DNA of 64,000 nucleotides from Planctomycetota bacterium. GTDB taxonomy: Bacteria; Planctomycetota; PLA2; JAEUHO01. The stretch covers positions 256,001-320,000 of the forward strand of contig CBDCTJ010000007.1 of assembly GCA_965222115.1 (NCBI GenBank). Reading direction: 5' to 3'. Shown piece by piece: positions 61,005-64,000 of the stretch; positions within the stretch are counted from its first letter, which is position 1; every line of letters begins with the position of its first letter. A program made the position numbers and the translations under genes. The notes under the pieces are model-generated. The model saw nothing but the letters and a program-made list of their open reading frames with translations, did no database searches and was not told the DNA's origin.

Positions 61005-61751
61005 ATGAAATCGCTCTATACAGGGCTAGGACTATGGAACGTCGGTGTCTTACTGGCCTTTGCGGTGCTGCTCATCGTGCAGCATACGCAGGGCTTGATG
61101 GCGCCGCACTCGTTTCAGATCGCCGCGGTCTTTGTCGCCGTGTTTTGCTGCCTCGTCCACTCCCTTTTGGTTGTGCATTTCATCGGCACCATGAAGTGGA
61201 TTCAACAGTCAGGTCCCACCGCCGGTCTTGATGAACACCAAACCAAACCGCTGCGCCGCGCGTGGATTCGGGGCGCGATGTTTCCCGTCCTGGTCATGTG
61301 CATGCTGGTTGCCGTGGCCGTCGCGATTCTCTCGGGCGGCAGTCACATGGGATCCATTTCGCCGTGGATCCCCGCCACACTCGCGGTGCTAGCCATACCC
61401 CTCAATGTGCTCGCCATCCCCCTCGCGCGCAACGAACTCGACCGCACCACAACCCGCATGAACGGGCTGGAACAACAAATGGTGCGGCGCGTGCATGCAG
61501 GTCTCGTGCGTAAAGAAGATGACGACGCGCTCATTCCCGAGTCGGGTCGCGCCGGTGGCAAAGTGCTTGTGTTTCTCGCGCTCAATGTGTGGATTCTCTA
61601 CGCCTACATGCGCTTCGTGTTACGTAAACACGACGTGTCGTGGGTGCCCTATGCCATTGGCTGCGCCGTATTGATGGGCATTGGCATCTACATGCTGCGT
61701 GGGCATCAAGATCCGCCCGGCAACAAGACCACGGGCGCGGGCGTCTCGTAG
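61005..61751 (+). CDS. Multi-pass membrane hypothetical protein
   Basis: About 6 hydrophobic helices; AGGAG RBS. Confidence 0.75.
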   Translation: MKSLYTGLGLWNVGVLLAFAVLLIVQHTQGLMAPHSFQIAAVFVAVFCCLVHSLLVVHFIGTMKWIQQSGPTAGLDEHQTKPLRRAWIRGAMFPVLVMCMLVAVAVAILSGGSHMGSISPWIPATLAVLAIPLNVLAIPLARNELDRTTTRMNGLEQQMVRRVHAGLVRKEDDDALIPESGRAGGKVLVFLALNVWILYAYMRFVLRKHDVSWVPYAIGCAVLMGIGIYMLRGHQDPPGNKTTGAGVS

Positions 61752-62720
61752 CTAGGCGACGGCATCCTTCTTCTTGGGTGGGTAGACCGCAGTCAACGCC
61801 TCGTCAATGGTAGGATACTCAAAGCGAAAGCCGTGAGCGAGCGCACGCTGGGGCGGTGCATTTTGGCCCGCCGTAAGAATCTGCGCCACCTTGCCAAGCA
61901 TCATGCGTAGCGCGAAAGGCGGAACGGGGAAGATGGTGGGCCGCTTGAGTACCTTGCCGAGTGCTTTGGTAAAGACGCGATTGGTGACGGGCGTGGGCGC
62001 CGTGCAGTTGATGGCACGCTCGACGCGCTCGTTCTCCAAACAGAAAACGACAAGACGCACAAGGTCGCGGCGATGAATCCACGACATCATCTGCTTACCC
62101 GAGCCAATGCGACCGCCGGCCCCCAGCTTGAAGATGCGCTCCATTTTGCCAAGCGCCCCACCACCACGTTCAAGGACGATCCCGATGCGTAATCGCACAT
62201 TGCGCACACCGTGAAGGTCTACGCGCTTCGCAGCCGCTTCCCACTCACGGCACATATGCGCGAGGACATCCCGCGGGGCAAACTGCTGCGCATCGAACTC
62301 GTCCTCTGCGCACACATGGTCGGGATCGCGTGCACCGTAAAAGCCAACCGCCGAACCCGACACCAACACCTTGGGACGCACCTCCAGAGCCTCAATCGCA
62401 TCCACCAAGGCGCGCGTGGTTGCGACACGACTGTCGCGCATGAGTTTGAGTGACTCGGGATTCCAACGCTTGCCGAAAATGTTCTCGCCCGCGAGATGTA
62501 TGACGCCCTCGCAGCCTTCAATCGCGCGCTTGACATCGTCGGTCTCAAAGAGATCGGTCTTCGTAATCGTGATCGAGTCGCCCCGCGATGCCGCATCGAG
62601 TTGTTCGGCTGCGCGCTCTTCGTCCCGCACCAGCGCCACCACGTGGTGCCCACGCGCGAGCAACTCGGTCACCAACGGGCGCCCGACGAATCCTGTAGCT
62701 CCGGTCACAGCAACACGCAT
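61752..62720 (-). CDS. TIGR01777-family NAD-dependent epimerase/oxidoreductase
   Basis: VAVTGATGFVG, HLAGE, SGSAVGFYG, CREWE, RIGIVL, GSGKQMMSWIH. Confidence 0.92.
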   Translation of the reverse strand: MRVAVTGATGFVGRPLVTELLARGHHVVALVRDEERAAEQLDAASRGDSITITKTDLFETDDVKRAIEGCEGVIHLAGENIFGKRWNPESLKLMRDSRVATTRALVDAIEALEVRPKVLVSGSAVGFYGARDPDHVCAEDEFDAQQFAPRDVLAHMCREWEAAAKRVDLHGVRNVRLRIGIVLERGGGALGKMERIFKLGAGGRIGSGKQMMSWIHRRDLVRLVVFCLENERVERAINCTAPTPVTNRVFTKALGKVLKRPTIFPVPPFALRMMLGKVAQILTAGQNAPPQRALAHGFRFEYPTIDEALTAVYPPKKKDAVA

Positions 62721-62904
62721 AGCAGTCCTCACGCAAGAGAGTCGCGGGCGTACGATACGGAGTCGGAGCAAGATTCGCAGGTTTTGGCCATAGGGCACGC
62801 CTCTGAATGCCTGGTGGCCCAAACTGTTGAGCAAAATTGCGGTACGGTGCACCGCGGACGCCCACGCCTCACATGCATAGGCAGAGCGAGCAGAATCGAG
62901 TTGA

Positions 62905-63999
62905 CTACTTGATCTGTCCTTGCGCCAGCATCTCGAAGCACATGGCCATCAATGCGGTCGAGTAGACGCGACCTCCCTCGCGGCCCCATACCCCGGCAGG
63001 CGCCCACGATCCTCGTAGGCCGCAGTAGGTTCCGTCCTTCTCTTGCTGTTTGAGGACACCCGTTCTCATTGCGGTTTCCCATTTTTTCCACGTACTCGGG
63101 AAACCTCGCTGAAGCGCCAGGGTGCCAAAGTACCAGTAGATCATGTCAATGGATTCACGGCTTGGATCCCACGCGGGTAGCTTCCGTCGCAAGAGTTGCT
63201 CGCTGAGCTTGAGTATCCTACTCTTCTTCGGGTTTTCACCCCGCGCAAGCCTTAGCATCATTCCCATGGCCGTGGGAGCCTCGGACTCAGGGATGAAATC
63301 CAACGATTCACGTTTGTCATAACGTTTGGGAGACGAACCTCGCGAATCATATCCGACGCGCCCGTAATCGGGATCTGTAACCTTATCAAGCCACGCCTGG
63401 ATGCCTTCACCGGCGTCTTTGTCAAAGCGTTCAGGATCAGCCGTGAGGGCTAAGTCCTCGAAACGCTTGTCGCTGTCGCCAAGATGGCTCCGTAGGTACT
63501 GATCGATTCGAATTGCCGAGTTGTGCGCCAACGCCATCCATGCCGTTACGGATGTGTTGTTCTCTCCCGGACCGGGCGTGTATCCCCAAGCAAAGTACGG
63601 CCTTCTCGCCTTCCGAATGTAACGCATGCCTCGCCGCGCTGATTCGAGCGCACCCCAATCTCCACACATGCCATATGACTCGATCATGGCAAGAGTTGCA
63701 ATCGCGTGATTGTAGTGATTTGGCGCATTCGTGCGACCTGGACCCCAAAAAGCGCCATTATCTTGCTGTGCGCGCCTGGTGAGAAAGCGCAAGCCATCGC
63801 GAACGGTGCGCGAGAAATCATTCCTACCGTATTGTGTATATCCGGCACTAAGAAACGCACGAGTTGCGAGAGCCGTAACGCCAATGACGTAGCGATCATC
63901 ACCCCGGTTACCGCGCGCTCTCTCATTTACCTTACTCTCTACTCCGTGACACCAGCGATGGGAGTCTCCCGGTAGCCATGAACCGTCGTCGCATTGATG
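62905..63999 (-). CDS. Prenyltransferase/squalene-oxidase (QW-type) repeat protein; 5'-truncated by the window edge
   Basis: Frame is open to the edge: HQCDDGSW, QQDNGAF, YNHAIATLA, NTSVTAW, YWYFGTLA, GGRVYSTA. Confidence 0.8.
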   Translation of the reverse strand, partial: HQCDDGSWLPGDSHRWCHGVESKVNERARGNRGDDRYVIGVTALATRAFLSAGYTQYGRNDFSRTVRDGLRFLTRRAQQDNGAFWGPGRTNAPNHYNHAIATLAMIESYGMCGDWGALESARRGMRYIRKARRPYFAWGYTPGPGENNTSVTAWMALAHNSAIRIDQYLRSHLGDSDKRFEDLALTADPERFDKDAGEGIQAWLDKVTDPDYGRVGYDSRGSSPKRYDKRESLDFIPESEAPTAMGMMLRLARGENPKKSRILKLSEQLLRRKLPAWDPSRESIDMIYWYFGTLALQRGFPSTWKKWETAMRTGVLKQQEKDGTYCGLRGSWAPAGVWGREGGRVYSTALMAMCFEMLAQGQIK

Positions 64000-64000
64000 C

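Overview
GC-rich bacterial chromosomal window. The gene content (FG-GAP, FGE-sulfatase, FHA, GspK, squalene/prenyltransferase-repeat proteins, LpxK) suggests a diderm, possibly a Planctomycetota-like organism; this is inference only. The first ~18 kb is a minus-strand type III-B CRISPR-Cas locus: cmr1, HD-less cas10/cmr2, cmr3-6, a Csx1 (CARF-HEPN) fused to a Csx20-like ring nuclease, a CARF-less PD-(D/E)xK nuclease, Cas6-RT-Cas1 and cas2. These are followed by a ~51-repeat array (35-bp repeat) and then an edge-truncated 4-TM + CARF-like membrane protein that the ORF track misses. Inside the array is an apparent off-target spacer integration at a repeat-mimicking hairpin. At 19.4-24.9 kb, three GT4 glycosyltransferases surround two 30-aa Cys-motif micro-lipoproteins, a 52-aa WDxxxW lipoprotein and two tandem paralogous exported proteins. 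The rest is mostly housekeeping or accessory genes (hutU, hutI, split FTCD, ABC transporters, lpxK, LysM, acyl-CoA dehydrogenase, a two-component system). It also holds a candidate 6S-like RNA and a RAYT/Y1 transposase flanked by two identically spaced triplets of palindromic REP-like repeats. All calls come from motif reading by eye; no database searches were run.
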